Assembly: GCA_047617745.1 (NCBI GenBank)
Contig: JBLGBN010000011.1
Span: 1-28,531 of the forward strand
Reading direction: 5' to 3'
Length of the DNA stretch: 28,531 bases
DNA from: Candidatus Nanohaloarchaea archaeon
GTDB lineage: Archaea > Nanohalarchaeota > Nanosalinia > Nanosalinales > Nanosalinaceae
This document shows, in pieces, positions 7,973 to 17,579 of the stretch; position 1 is the stretch's first letter; each line of letters begins with the position of its first letter. A program made the translations under genes and the position numbers. The notes under the pieces are model-generated. The model did no database searches, was not told the origin of the DNA, and saw nothing but the letters and a program-made list of their open reading frames with translations.

Positions 7973-8725
7973 ATGTCTAAAGACGAGGTAGAGCTAGGTG
8001 GAGAAAATGCCGGCGAGGATTACGAGGTAGTGCCGGTTGGACCTATCAGAAAACTTGAGAGAAGAATTGACGAAATCGAGACGAAGGGAACAGGAGGTTC
8101 CGCCGACGACGAGCTTATAAGAGACGTTCTGGATATAATGAAATCCAACCAGAAAATCGTCAACGACATGACAGAATCCACCCACGAGCTCAAGAACTCT
8201 GTCGAAGACCTGACCCACAAAATGGACAGCGTAATTGACAACCTGAACTCTTTCATGGATCTTCTGGAGGAAGCTTCGGAAGCAGACATGGAGGGCGAGG
8301 TAATCAGCGATGTACACTCCAGAATTGCAGATGCAGTTGGAAGTGAAATGCAGTCCGTAGCAGATGATATCAAGGAGTCAAACAGAGAAGTTGTTGATAA
8401 CCTTCAAGATCTGAACAAGAGCATCAAGAGATCTTACACCGCGCAGAACAAGGAAAACACTTTATCGAAGAGTAATCTTGGAGGTAAAGGGCAGCAGGAA
8501 AGAAATCCGCAACAGCAGCAGGGAAGATCACAGAACAACAGCCAGGGAAGAGGTAACAAAGGTCAGGGCCTGAATATCGATAGAGGTTCTAACCAGAACA
8601 GCAACCAAAGATCAGGCAGAGGAAACAGGAGCGGCGGAAACGATCAGCAAGGACGCGGAAACCAGGATTCTGACAGGATGAGAAAGCTGAAGGAAAGATT
8701 TGACAAGATGGATGATGACCAGTAA
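7973..8725 (+). CDS. Coiled-coil protein with Q/N/G/R-rich low-complexity tail (250 aa)
   Basis: YEVVPVGPIRKLERRIDEIE followed by long acidic heptads, then a roughly 70 aa disordered tail. The stop overlaps the first pilin gene. Confidence 0.8.
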   Translation: MSKDEVELGGENAGEDYEVVPVGPIRKLERRIDEIETKGTGGSADDELIRDVLDIMKSNQKIVNDMTESTHELKNSVEDLTHKMDSVIDNLNSFMDLLEEASEADMEGEVISDVHSRIADAVGSEMQSVADDIKESNREVVDNLQDLNKSIKRSYTAQNKENTLSKSNLGGKGQQERNPQQQQGRSQNNSQGRGNKGQGLNIDRGSNQNSNQRSGRGNRSGGNDQQGRGNQDSDRMRKLKERFDKMDDDQ

Positions 8726-9197
8726 AGGATTAAGTTCCGTTATTGGCGCAGTACTTCTCATATTTATCAGCGTTGCAGCAGCTACTTCTGCCTGGACATT
8801 TATAGATACTTTAACAGAACAAACACAGGACAATGTTCAGGACCAGGTTAATGAGCAGAACAGGGAGACGCAGTCAGAGCTCACCAGCGAGATCGGATAC
8901 AACGGGAGTCACGGTTTCACCATCATAACCCTTAGAAATAGTGGATCTCTAACGCTGCCTGTACAGACAGAGGATGGGGAAAAAACAGTGAATATGTACG
9001 TTAACGGGCCGCCACAGGACTGGGAGTTCATGAACGACCGTTCCGGATTAGTGGAACTGGATCCTACTGAATCACTTCCTATCAACACGACAGAAAAATA
9101 CCCTTCAAACGGGGATCAAGACAGCATACGATTTGAAGGACCTTACGGGACCTCTACAACGTATGTATGCTATAATTCGGGTACAGCCTCGTGTTAG
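8715..9197 (+). CDS. Archaeal type IV pilin-like protein (class III signal peptide)
   Basis: MTSKG|LSSVIGAVLLIFISVAAA; start is ATG 8712 or 8715; LRNSG motif; ends C-x7-C. Confidence 0.88.
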   Translation: MTSKGLSSVIGAVLLIFISVAAATSAWTFIDTLTEQTQDNVQDQVNEQNRETQSELTSEIGYNGSHGFTIITLRNSGSLTLPVQTEDGEKTVNMYVNGPPQDWEFMNDRSGLVELDPTESLPINTTEKYPSNGDQDSIRFEGPYGTSTTYVCYNSGTASC

Positions 9198-9206
9198 TTA
9201 TTTAAA
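9198..9206 (+). promoter_or_regulatory. Putative TATA box for the 9230 pilin
   Basis: TTATTTAAA ends about 24 nt before ATG 9230. Confidence 0.5.
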
Positions 9207-9229
9207 CAGGAACCGGTAAAACCAAACTA

Positions 9230-9799
9230 ATGAACAGAAAAGGTATTACACCTGTAATTGCAGTTGTTCTACTGCTCCTAATTACAGTTGGAGCGGTTGC
9301 CTCAGCATACGGTCTTTACCAGAGTATTATCAGCGATCAGAGCCAGATTGATCAGTTGAATGCTCAGCAGAGAGCTTCACAGACAAACATTGATTTCAAC
9401 TCTGTGTACTCAGGTCAACACGGATACATAAACATGGATGTATCCAACACCGGCCAGAGAGCAATCAACGTGACCAAGGAGTTATCGTTTAGAGTTACAC
9501 CAGACGGTTCAAGTAGCGGTCTGGCGTTCACAACCTTCAAGAGAAGGTTCAACGACACCGGTTACGGAGAATGGAACAGTTCAGAGGTTAATGAAGGGCT
9601 TGACTGCCTGCAGAGCAATCCTTCACCTGACGGACTTAGAATAGCAAATCAGGGAGGAAACCCTATGAACTGTAACACGACAATCAGGTTCCCATCAGCG
9701 ACACAGACAGTTGGATTGACACTGAACTACCGGGGCGCAGATAACACAGAGTGGACTTACTCTTGTAACCCAGGAACTTCAGACACAATCTCCTGCTAG
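9230..9799 (+). CDS. Archaeal type IV pilin, probable major pilin
   Basis: MNRKG|ITPVIAVVLLLLITVGAVASAY is a canonical archaeal pilin N-terminus; VSNTG motif; four Cys, the last one terminal. Confidence 0.92.
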   Translation: MNRKGITPVIAVVLLLLITVGAVASAYGLYQSIISDQSQIDQLNAQQRASQTNIDFNSVYSGQHGYINMDVSNTGQRAINVTKELSFRVTPDGSSSGLAFTTFKRRFNDTGYGEWNSSEVNEGLDCLQSNPSPDGLRIANQGGNPMNCNTTIRFPSATQTVGLTLNYRGADNTEWTYSCNPGTSDTISC

Positions 9800-9809
9800 G
9801 ACCGTTCAC

Positions 9810-9832
9810 ATTTAATTTCTCTTTTTTATTTT
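9810..9832 (+). terminator. T-rich terminator after the 9230 pilin
   Basis: tttaatttctcttttttattttc immediately downstream of the stop. Confidence 0.55.
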
Positions 9833-9840
9833 CCCGACAC

Positions 9841-9848
9841 TTTATATT
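9841..9848 (+). promoter_or_regulatory. Putative TATA box for the pilus assembly operon
   Basis: TTTATATT ends about 24 nt before ATG 9872. Confidence 0.5.
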
Positions 9849-9871
9849 CCAGATAACTGATATAATAGAGT

Positions 9872-10549
9872 ATGAAAGGGCAGGCGCAAGCAGTTACCGC
9901 CGTACTTATAACCAGTGTCATAGTTGGTGCAATAGCCACCTCCTACACCTGGGGAGTACCACTACTTGAGAAACAGCAGAGCCAGGCAGAACTGGAGAGA
10001 ACACAACAGAATGTGTTGAACCTTTACGACAGAATAATAGAGGTAAGTGAAAGCGGTGAAGGTACCACCGCGAGAGTTGACGTAACAGACGGCATATCTA
10101 CCTCAGAACTAACTTTTCGCGTTAATGAGAAGCAAAACTATATTGACATAGTGAAAAGGGATTCGTCCCAAAATCCTCCTTACCCATTCGATACATGGAC
10201 CTTGATCAGAGGTAACACAATGCAGAACCTCTCCACAGGCAGCGGAGCTTATGCGAGGAGTGGAGACGATCTGCCGGGCGTAGTAATTGTAAGGCCTATA
10301 GGAGGACCGGATAGATCGACTATAACCTACAGGGTTGAATTCCGGAATATACTGTCCGAGAACCCATCAGGAACCCAGCTATCGAGGATAAACCTAACCG
10401 CCGAAGGCCAGACCCGGAGTACCGGGGAAACCACATTGTTTATATCTAACCAGGGAACCAACTGGGAAAGAGGTAATGAGGGAGTAACTCTTCCAAACGG
10501 GGAAATAGTTCCTCGACAAAATACACAGATCGCAGTGGGATTCCGGTGA
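9872..10549 (+). CDS. Minor pilin-like protein (class III signal peptide)
   Basis: MKG|QAQAVTAVLITSVIVGAIATSYTWGVP followed by a helix and a beta-rich domain. Confidence 0.82.
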   Translation: MKGQAQAVTAVLITSVIVGAIATSYTWGVPLLEKQQSQAELERTQQNVLNLYDRIIEVSESGEGTTARVDVTDGISTSELTFRVNEKQNYIDIVKRDSSQNPPYPFDTWTLIRGNTMQNLSTGSGAYARSGDDLPGVVIVRPIGGPDRSTITYRVEFRNILSENPSGTQLSRINLTAEGQTRSTGETTLFISNQGTNWERGNEGVTLPNGEIVPRQNTQIAVGFR

Positions 10550-10555
10550 TAGACC

Positions 10556-10951
10556 GTGAAAGGACAGTATCTCGCGGTTGAAAGCGTTTTAACTGTAGGT
10601 ATGGGTATAACCTTGGCCTTTGGAACTATAACCATGTTTGATACCTATCAGGAGAATGTAGAAAGATCAACTGTCGACAAACAGGTTGAGGAAACCCAGT
10701 ACAGAGTTAAAACAGCAGTATACAATCTGAGAGGTGTAGATTCCGGTAATGCTCAGATAGAGCTACCGGAGAAACTGGGTGGTCTGAACTACAACCTCGC
10801 TCTTGATGAGGACATCATTATATCTACCCCAGAAGACAGTTACAACTCATCCCTAGGAAACCTCGAAGAGTATGAAACGCGGGGATCAGTGCAGGGGGGA
10901 ACAGTAATATTATACAAAAGCGGAAATCAATATACACTGAGGTCGAACTAA
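10556..10951 (+). CDS. Minor pilin-like protein (class III signal peptide)
   Basis: GTG start; MKG|QYLAVESVLTVGMGITLAFG; IELPEKLGGLNYNL segment. Confidence 0.82.
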   Translation: MKGQYLAVESVLTVGMGITLAFGTITMFDTYQENVERSTVDKQVEETQYRVKTAVYNLRGVDSGNAQIELPEKLGGLNYNLALDEDIIISTPEDSYNSSLGNLEEYETRGSVQGGTVILYKSGNQYTLRSN

Positions 10952-12661
10952 ATGTCATTCAGCTTCCTTAGCCTGAGCGAGAAACTGAGAAGGGTGAAAT
11001 ACCCAGAACTCTACGAAGATGAAGAAGAGGAGGAAATAGAGGAAAACCCTGACGGCGTAGAGGTACCATCACCAGGTAAATTCAGCCCTAACATGGTTAA
11101 GGAGGACGAGGAAAACGACCAGAGTCTGGCAGACACAGATATTGTTTACCCTCTCGTACCTGCCGACCCGGACGAAGGAGAGCTGGTCTACGCATGGGCA
11201 CATATCAAATGGAGTGACCGGCAGGGGGAGCTTGTATACAAAGTTATAGAACCTGAGCTGAATCCAAGTACCGAAAGAGCACTTGACAAGATCAAGATGA
11301 TACTTGAGAGAAGCTTCGATGTCAACTTCACAGATCTAGAAACAGAGGAGGCGGAGGAGTACCTGCAGGAGAAGATAGATCATATCACCGACAAGTACAA
11401 TATTTCACTTACTGACGAACAGCGGAAGGTAATAAGATACTACGCGAAAAGAGACTTCGCAGGGCTGGGACGGCTGCAACCGCTTATGAACGACAAAGAG
11501 GTCGAAGATATTTCATGTGACGGAGCCGGGATACCGGTTTACGCGTACCACAGAAACCCGAAATTCGGTTCTCTGAAAACCAGTATTGAATGGGATAACC
11601 CTGAAGAACTGGACAGTTTTGTTATGAAACTGGCGCAGAGATGTGGTAGATCGATCTCGGTTTCCTCCCCGCTTCTGGATGGATCGCTTCCAGACGGCTC
11701 AAGAGTGCAGGCGACACTTGCGACAGATATTGCCCGTAAAGGATCCAACTTCACTATCAGAAGGTTCACAGAAGATCCATTGACACCTATACACATGATG
11801 GACTTCGAGACGGAGAACGCACAGATAATGAGCTATCTCTGGACTATAATCGAACACGAGAAATCAGTGCTTGTCTGTGGAACAACCGGCGCCGGTAAAA
11901 CTTCGCAGCTCAATGCTTTGTCACTTTTCATCCGTCCTGACAAGAAGATTGTATCTATCGAGGACACCCCGGAGTTAAGACTCCCTCACGACCACTGGGT
12001 GCCGGAAGTCGCACGTTCCGGGTTCGGAAGCTCGGTTGAGGAAGGCGGAGAAGTATCAATGGACGACCTGCTTAAAGAATCGCTACGTCAGAGACCGGAG
12101 TACATCATCGTCGGTGAGGTCAGAGGTGAAGAAGCTTACATTCTATTCCAGCAGATGGCAACAGGACACACAGGTCTCAGTACGATCCACGCCGATTCAC
12201 TTGACATGCTTATGGACAGACTAACAACGAACCCGATCAACCTCTCACCATCGCTTATCGAGACTCTTGACGCTATTATGCTGATCAAGAGGATCAGAAG
12301 AGGCGATAAATATATTAGACGGATTACAGGTCTCTACGAGGTAGAGGGGTACAACAAGAGAAGCGGGATTGATGCGAACCAAGTTTTCGGCTGGGATTCC
12401 CACACTGATACTTACGAAGTCAAAAACAATTCGATGCTTCTAAAGGAGATCGTTGAACAGACAGGCGGAGACGAAGAGCAGATCAAGGAAGAACTCAAGA
12501 AGAGACAGCATGTACTGAACTACATGCAGGATGAACAGATAAAGCATTACAGAGATGTCGGAGATGTAATATCAAGATACTACTCAGATCCACAGTCAGT
12601 ACTGGAAGATGTTGATAAAAGCCTTAACTCGACAGAAAACGAAGTTGATGTAAAGAGTTAA
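10952..12661 (+). CDS. Type IV pilus assembly ATPase (PilB/FlaI/VirB11-like)
   Basis: Walker A GTTGAGKTS, SIEDTPEL, LRQRPEYIIVGEVRGEEA, ATGH...STIHA, LPDGSRVQAT. Confidence 0.95.
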   Translation: MSFSFLSLSEKLRRVKYPELYEDEEEEEIEENPDGVEVPSPGKFSPNMVKEDEENDQSLADTDIVYPLVPADPDEGELVYAWAHIKWSDRQGELVYKVIEPELNPSTERALDKIKMILERSFDVNFTDLETEEAEEYLQEKIDHITDKYNISLTDEQRKVIRYYAKRDFAGLGRLQPLMNDKEVEDISCDGAGIPVYAYHRNPKFGSLKTSIEWDNPEELDSFVMKLAQRCGRSISVSSPLLDGSLPDGSRVQATLATDIARKGSNFTIRRFTEDPLTPIHMMDFETENAQIMSYLWTIIEHEKSVLVCGTTGAGKTSQLNALSLFIRPDKKIVSIEDTPELRLPHDHWVPEVARSGFGSSVEEGGEVSMDDLLKESLRQRPEYIIVGEVRGEEAYILFQQMATGHTGLSTIHADSLDMLMDRLTTNPINLSPSLIETLDAIMLIKRIRRGDKYIRRITGLYEVEGYNKRSGIDANQVFGWDSHTDTYEVKNNSMLLKEIVEQTGGDEEQIKEELKKRQHVLNYMQDEQIKHYRDVGDVISRYYSDPQSVLEDVDKSLNSTENEVDVKS

Positions 12662-12662
12662 G

Positions 12663-13529
12663 ATGCTAGAGAAATACGCAAACTTCTGCTACGATCAGAT
12701 CGGGCCTTATGCTCTTGAGATGGTCGAGTACTTCGAGGACTTGAGACCGCAGCTCTCGAAGGCGAACATATCTGCATCACTCCCCGAATACATCAGCATG
12801 ATGCTTTTCACAACCGGGGCGATGTTCGTCGGAAGCCTGTTCTTACTAGGGACGTTTCTCTCGCTTATAATGGGTGCCTCCGGATTTATTCTTGCCATAA
12901 CTCTCTCGCTAATCCTTCCAATGGGAACACTAATCCTGCTCTACATCTACCCTTCCATACTGATAAAGCAGAGAGCATCCAAGATAAGAGACACACTACC
13001 CTTCGCAACAATGTACATGTCAACGCTTGCAGGAACCGGCACCTCAATCTCGGAACTTTTCAAAAACATGGGCGAGGTCGAAGAATACGGTGAGGTTTCT
13101 AAGGAAGCGGCAAAGATCAGCCAGGATATTGAGACCTTTGGAATGGACATAAGCGAGGCGCTCCAGAGAGCAGCAGAAAGAACCCCAAGCGACGATTTCA
13201 ATGACTTGATGTGGGGAATGAACCACGCACTCACCTCTGGAGGATCGCTCCAGGCTTTCCTGCATGAAAGATCAGAAACCCTTATGAAGGACTACCAGAG
13301 AAGAATCGAATCTTTCTCAGAGCAGCTATCCCTCCTAGTTGAAATGTATATTACTGTAGTAATTGTCGGCTCCATCGTCTTCACATCAATGAGCGCGGTT
13401 ATGGGAAGCTTTATCTCCGGAAACATACTCGTACTTGTACAGATAGTTGCAATATTCATCGGACTGCCTCTAATCTCTGGGATGTTTATACTACTGGTAA
13501 GAGGGATTGCTCCAGGAGGTATAAGGTGA
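12663..13529 (+). CDS. Type II secretion system F family membrane platform protein (TadB/PilC-like)
   Basis: Multiple TM helices; LPFATMYMSTLAGTG, YGEVSKEA, ALQRAAERTPS; directly follows the ATPase. Confidence 0.92.
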   Translation: MLEKYANFCYDQIGPYALEMVEYFEDLRPQLSKANISASLPEYISMMLFTTGAMFVGSLFLLGTFLSLIMGASGFILAITLSLILPMGTLILLYIYPSILIKQRASKIRDTLPFATMYMSTLAGTGTSISELFKNMGEVEEYGEVSKEAAKISQDIETFGMDISEALQRAAERTPSDDFNDLMWGMNHALTSGGSLQAFLHERSETLMKDYQRRIESFSEQLSLLVEMYITVVIVGSIVFTSMSAVMGSFISGNILVLVQIVAIFIGLPLISGMFILLVRGIAPGGIR

Positions 13530-13533
13530 TACC

Positions 13534-14568
13534 GTGTTCGAATTCTTCACCGAGGAAAAACTACAGGCAGGAAGAACGAAGGCCGAGAAACTGATAATCG
13601 GTTCCGCAGTACTGGGAGCGATACTTGTTATCAGCGGAATAGGAATCTACCTGATGGAGGCTCGACAGACAGGTGGATCGATAATAATCCTTGGTATGAT
13701 AATAGGGGTGCTCCCCTACGGAATGGTATCTTTCTTCCGGAATAGAGCTGTCAGAGAGGTTGAAGACCAGTTCCCCTCATTCCTGAAAGACCTCGCCGAG
13801 TCAAAAAGAGGCGGTATGACCCTTATACAGGCGTTCGAATCCGCCAAGGAAACGGACTACGGACGGTTAAACTCTGAAACTGAAAAGATACATAACGAAT
13901 TAACCTGGGGTATACCTTTCCCGAAAGTAATGGAAAGATTCTCGATCAGGATGAGCGATTCCGCTGTTATACAGGAGTCGGTTTCAATCCTTCTCCAGAG
14001 CTTCAGAAGTGGCGGGAACATCACCAAAACGATAGAATCAATCGCTGAGGACTCAGCCAACCTGAAAGAGGTCATACAGAAGAAAAATGCTCAGACCAAG
14101 CAGCAAATCCTCATCATGTATGTTATCTACTTCCTTTTCGTGGGAATTACAATAGGAGTCTACCTTATGCTTGGCCAGATGCTTGGACTCGGAGAACCGG
14201 GCGAAGGAGCGGTGCAGAATATTGACGAGGTCCTGGGAAGCGGCGAAGGCGGTGTCACAAACTTCTGCAACGGCCAGATAATTTACGCTCAACCTCTCTG
14301 CACAATCTCAGAGATCTTCGGATTTGTACCTGACCAGGCAATCAACGAAGGACTGGCCAGTGACTACTCTGAGGAGTATAAATATGGCCAGATGGCCTAC
14401 TATAAGGGGTTGCTATTCGCTATGCTTATGATACAGGGAATCTGCACAGGAGCAGTCGCCGGTCAGATAGGAGAGGGAAGTCCATCCGCCGGCATTAAAC
14501 ACGCAATGGTTATGCTGCCGATAGCATTCCTGGTATTCATGTATATGGTAGGGCTGGCAGGTGTATAG
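13534..14568 (+). CDS. Type II secretion system F family membrane platform protein (TadC/PilC-like)
   Basis: EDQFPSFLKDLAESKRGGMTL, DYGRLN, LTWGIPF, AGQIGEGSPSAGIKHA; extended loop containing a Cys pair. Confidence 0.92.
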   Translation: MFEFFTEEKLQAGRTKAEKLIIGSAVLGAILVISGIGIYLMEARQTGGSIIILGMIIGVLPYGMVSFFRNRAVREVEDQFPSFLKDLAESKRGGMTLIQAFESAKETDYGRLNSETEKIHNELTWGIPFPKVMERFSIRMSDSAVIQESVSILLQSFRSGGNITKTIESIAEDSANLKEVIQKKNAQTKQQILIMYVIYFLFVGITIGVYLMLGQMLGLGEPGEGAVQNIDEVLGSGEGGVTNFCNGQIIYAQPLCTISEIFGFVPDQAINEGLASDYSEEYKYGQMAYYKGLLFAMLMIQGICTGAVAGQIGEGSPSAGIKHAMVMLPIAFLVFMYMVGLAGV

Positions 14569-14569
14569 A

Positions 14570-15442
14570 ATGAAAAACCTCTTGGTGAAAAAAAGCACAG
14601 GACAGCTTAACTTGGAATTTCTGGCAGCTGCAGGCCTTTTCCTGGCAGCAGTGATCGGCTTAGTAGCATCCAACCAGCTGCTGCCTGGTTACGACGACAA
14701 TATGGACAGAATGGGGCTTAACCTTGAGGCCAAAACGGTATCAGATCAGCTAATAACGGAACCCGGTCGTCACAGCTATGGTGAAGGAGACCATGTCTGG
14801 GAGAGAAATGACTCCACGCTATCGAATATTGAAGCCGTGGGTATAGCCTCCGGACACCACGAACTGGATAGAGAGAAACTTGAAATGCTCAAGACAACGA
14901 CCCGTCCCAGCGGAGCAGAGGGGCTTAATTACACCCAGTTCAGGGAAATAACCGGCGTAGATAACCAGTACCGGTTCAACTTTGTATGGCTTCCCACCAT
15001 CCAGACAAACCACTCCTTCATCAAGGGCGACCCTCCAGACAACCCGAACATAATCGAACCAGGAGTATCTGAATACGCTGCCGCAGATAACCGCGTCCAC
15101 TACGGCTCGGTAACCTTACAAGGACAGAAGTACAACATGCTAGTAACCTCACACGATGGAACGTATGACTCACTGCATGTCAGACAGGGTGACTGGGACT
15201 TCAGCAGTATAAACACCGGACCAGACGGCGAACCTTACAATCTGGGAGACAGAATACTTGAAAACGATTTTGTAGTGGAAAGATTTCAGAACAGGGAGAA
15301 AAGCCGCGGAGAATTCGTGGTTTGGCGCAGAAAAATCAAAGATTTCGGCCCCACAACTAACGCAGATACAGAAGTCATTACCATGAACCGGCTGGCAGTC
15401 CTGGAGGGGGAACCGGTAAGAATCGAGGTGTCAGCATGGTAA
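14570..15442 (+). CDS. Minor pilin-like protein (class III signal peptide, Q+1/E+5)
   Basis: KKSTG|QLNLEFLAAAGLFLAAVIGLV; SDQLITEPG motif; start is ATG 14570 or GTG 14585. Confidence 0.8.
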   Translation: MKNLLVKKSTGQLNLEFLAAAGLFLAAVIGLVASNQLLPGYDDNMDRMGLNLEAKTVSDQLITEPGRHSYGEGDHVWERNDSTLSNIEAVGIASGHHELDREKLEMLKTTTRPSGAEGLNYTQFREITGVDNQYRFNFVWLPTIQTNHSFIKGDPPDNPNIIEPGVSEYAAADNRVHYGSVTLQGQKYNMLVTSHDGTYDSLHVRQGDWDFSSINTGPDGEPYNLGDRILENDFVVERFQNREKSRGEFVVWRRKIKDFGPTTNADTEVITMNRLAVLEGEPVRIEVSAW

Positions 15443-17271
15443 GAAGGAAAGGAGCCGGCTACATGATAGAGGTAATGACAGCCCTCCTCGTAATGTTTGG
15501 ATTTATACTCGGAAACGCTCCCTCCGACCCTGCAACCGACTGGAGCAACTTCCAGAAAGAGGTTATAGCCGAAGATTTCACCTATGTAATGGAGAAAACC
15601 GGTGATACAGAAAGCTTTATCCGTGGAGGTGAGACCGGTTCACTGGTTACAGCGAGTGAAGCACTTAGCCGGGATCGGGTCACCGCCTCCGGAACAGTTG
15701 AAAACGTCCCGATAAGCAGGCAGACAGTTGGATTCAATATAAGAGAGATCGACAGATACAATGAAACCGTAGAGCCCGTAGCCGATCTGGGAGATCAGTG
15801 CTACCAAGACGATGATCTCGAAGAACTCTCCGACAACTCGGATATACTGAGAACTGTCAATGAAAGGGCGGGAGCCTACATTTATGTAACGGACAGTAAC
15901 CCTAGTATTTCAACCGGTAATACCAACGAAGACTATGACACCGTATGGGTTGACAACGGCACTAGATGCCAGTTCTCCTCGGCAGAGGGTCCTTACTACC
16001 GGGACGAATTTCTCTACTGGGGGGACGGACCGGGCGGAGACCACTGGGAGTTCAACGAAATATACTACGACGACAGCAGTAACGAAGGTGACCTCGAACT
16101 CTATAACTCAACCCAGATAATCCGGCTAAAGAAAGTGCTGGAAAGCGAGGTAAACGATATAGACACCGGTGTAGAGGTTGACTCAGTAGCAGTCGATCGG
16201 GAAGATCTTGAGGACTACGACATACTGGTTTTCAGAGAAAGAGGGACACTTACGACCGGTGTGCTCGATGAAGATCCTGGAAAAGTCCAGGATTTCATGT
16301 CAGATGGATCAGTGCTCTTGATGATGGATCTGGAGAGAACAGATTTCTACGACACAAACAACAATCTTAGAGACAACTTCATAACCAGTACAGGTCTGAA
16401 ATGGGTGGATATGCCGTACCGGATAGATTACAGGGATAATCCCGGCGATTCCGTTGGAGGTAGCTTCACAGATGAATCTGAATCAGAGACCTTGCAGACC
16501 TACTTCAAAGGTGTGAACGGCGACCTTGGAAACCTTAATCTAACTCCTGCCGGTAATATCAGCTCATCCAACAGCCAGAAATTTAAACGTTCAGAGGCTC
16601 TACTGTCCAGCGATCAGGGCGCCTACCAGATAACCGAATGGAATGTCACCAACTACAGCATGCAACAGGTCGATCCTGCAAAAATTGACGGCTACCCTAA
16701 CACAGCCTGTGTTGAAGATGGAACTGTTGACGGAAACCTTACCCGCGGCAACTTCAGCTTCCAGGAATATGAAACCGGCGAAAAAGTTGAATACAGAGCT
16801 ATAAGCACAAAACTAGGTGAAGACGACAAGTTCTGCAGCGAAAACGACATACGTGCGTTAAACATCGATCTGAACCGTAACGGGGATTACGGCGATCAGG
16901 GGGAGGGCGCTTTCCTGAATGGCGAATCACATACAATTCTCGGCAAGAGATACACTGTTTACTTTCCCAGCGAAGAAGCAATCCAGAACGGTACCGCAGC
17001 AGAGTTTATCTACACAGGGGACAGCGATATAGAGGTTATAAACTACAGAACAAGCTTTGAAGGCTTCCCGGGCGACAAACTTGCAAGGCTCGGCTACAAA
17101 GAAAGATATAACGCTGCGGAGAAAAAGATGATCTCCTCTGTTATTCACTGGCTCTCTGAGGAAACCACCGAGTTCGGCGCCCAGGAGGAAACACAGATAT
17201 CAACAGAAAATATAGGCGCGGTGAAAGAAAACACATTCATGCCGTACCGGATAGCCTTGAGGTGGAGATAG
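15436..17271 (+). CDS. Large pilin-like/adhesin protein with class III-like signal peptide (611 aa)
   Basis: MVRRKG|AGYMIEVMTALLVMFGFIL followed by a long acidic extracellular region with four Cys and a DLNRNGD motif. Confidence 0.78.
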   Translation: MVRRKGAGYMIEVMTALLVMFGFILGNAPSDPATDWSNFQKEVIAEDFTYVMEKTGDTESFIRGGETGSLVTASEALSRDRVTASGTVENVPISRQTVGFNIREIDRYNETVEPVADLGDQCYQDDDLEELSDNSDILRTVNERAGAYIYVTDSNPSISTGNTNEDYDTVWVDNGTRCQFSSAEGPYYRDEFLYWGDGPGGDHWEFNEIYYDDSSNEGDLELYNSTQIIRLKKVLESEVNDIDTGVEVDSVAVDREDLEDYDILVFRERGTLTTGVLDEDPGKVQDFMSDGSVLLMMDLERTDFYDTNNNLRDNFITSTGLKWVDMPYRIDYRDNPGDSVGGSFTDESESETLQTYFKGVNGDLGNLNLTPAGNISSSNSQKFKRSEALLSSDQGAYQITEWNVTNYSMQQVDPAKIDGYPNTACVEDGTVDGNLTRGNFSFQEYETGEKVEYRAISTKLGEDDKFCSENDIRALNIDLNRNGDYGDQGEGAFLNGESHTILGKRYTVYFPSEEAIQNGTAAEFIYTGDSDIEVINYRTSFEGFPGDKLARLGYKERYNAAEKKMISSVIHWLSEETTEFGAQEETQISTENIGAVKENTFMPYRIALRWR

Positions 17272-17579
17272 TGAAAGGACAGTTCATGCTTATATCCTCA
17301 GTTCTTATGGGCTTCATAGTCATATCGACCGCTTCAAGTATATCAGAGGTGCAGGAAAGAAGCTATGAAAGCGACGACACAGGAAAAGTTGTGGAGATGG
17401 TGAAAGAGTCTGCAGAAAAAGTAAACCACTTCGACGAGAGAGAAGTGGAAAACTTCAAACTGATGGTATCAAGCATATCCGGATATGAAACTGAAACCAC
17501 TCACTGGAGTTCCAACGGATGCTTCAACGTGACGCTTAGCTCCTCAGATAAACAGGTCAGGCTCAACTGCATAGGTTAA
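17271..17579 (+). CDS. Small pilin-like protein (class III signal peptide)
   Basis: GTG 17271 overlaps the upstream TAG and follows GAGGTGG. MKG|QFMLISSVLMGFIVIS; C-terminal Cys pair. Confidence 0.78.
   Translation: MKGQFMLISSVLMGFIVISTASSISEVQERSYESDDTGKVVEMVKESAEKVNHFDEREVENFKLMVSSISGYETETTHWSSNGCFNVTLSSSDKQVRLNCIG

Noticed and set aside
8715..17579. Archaellum operon
   Set aside because: No FlaH/FlaF/FlaG-like genes recognised; two separate TadB/TadC-like genes and many minor pilins fit a pilus.
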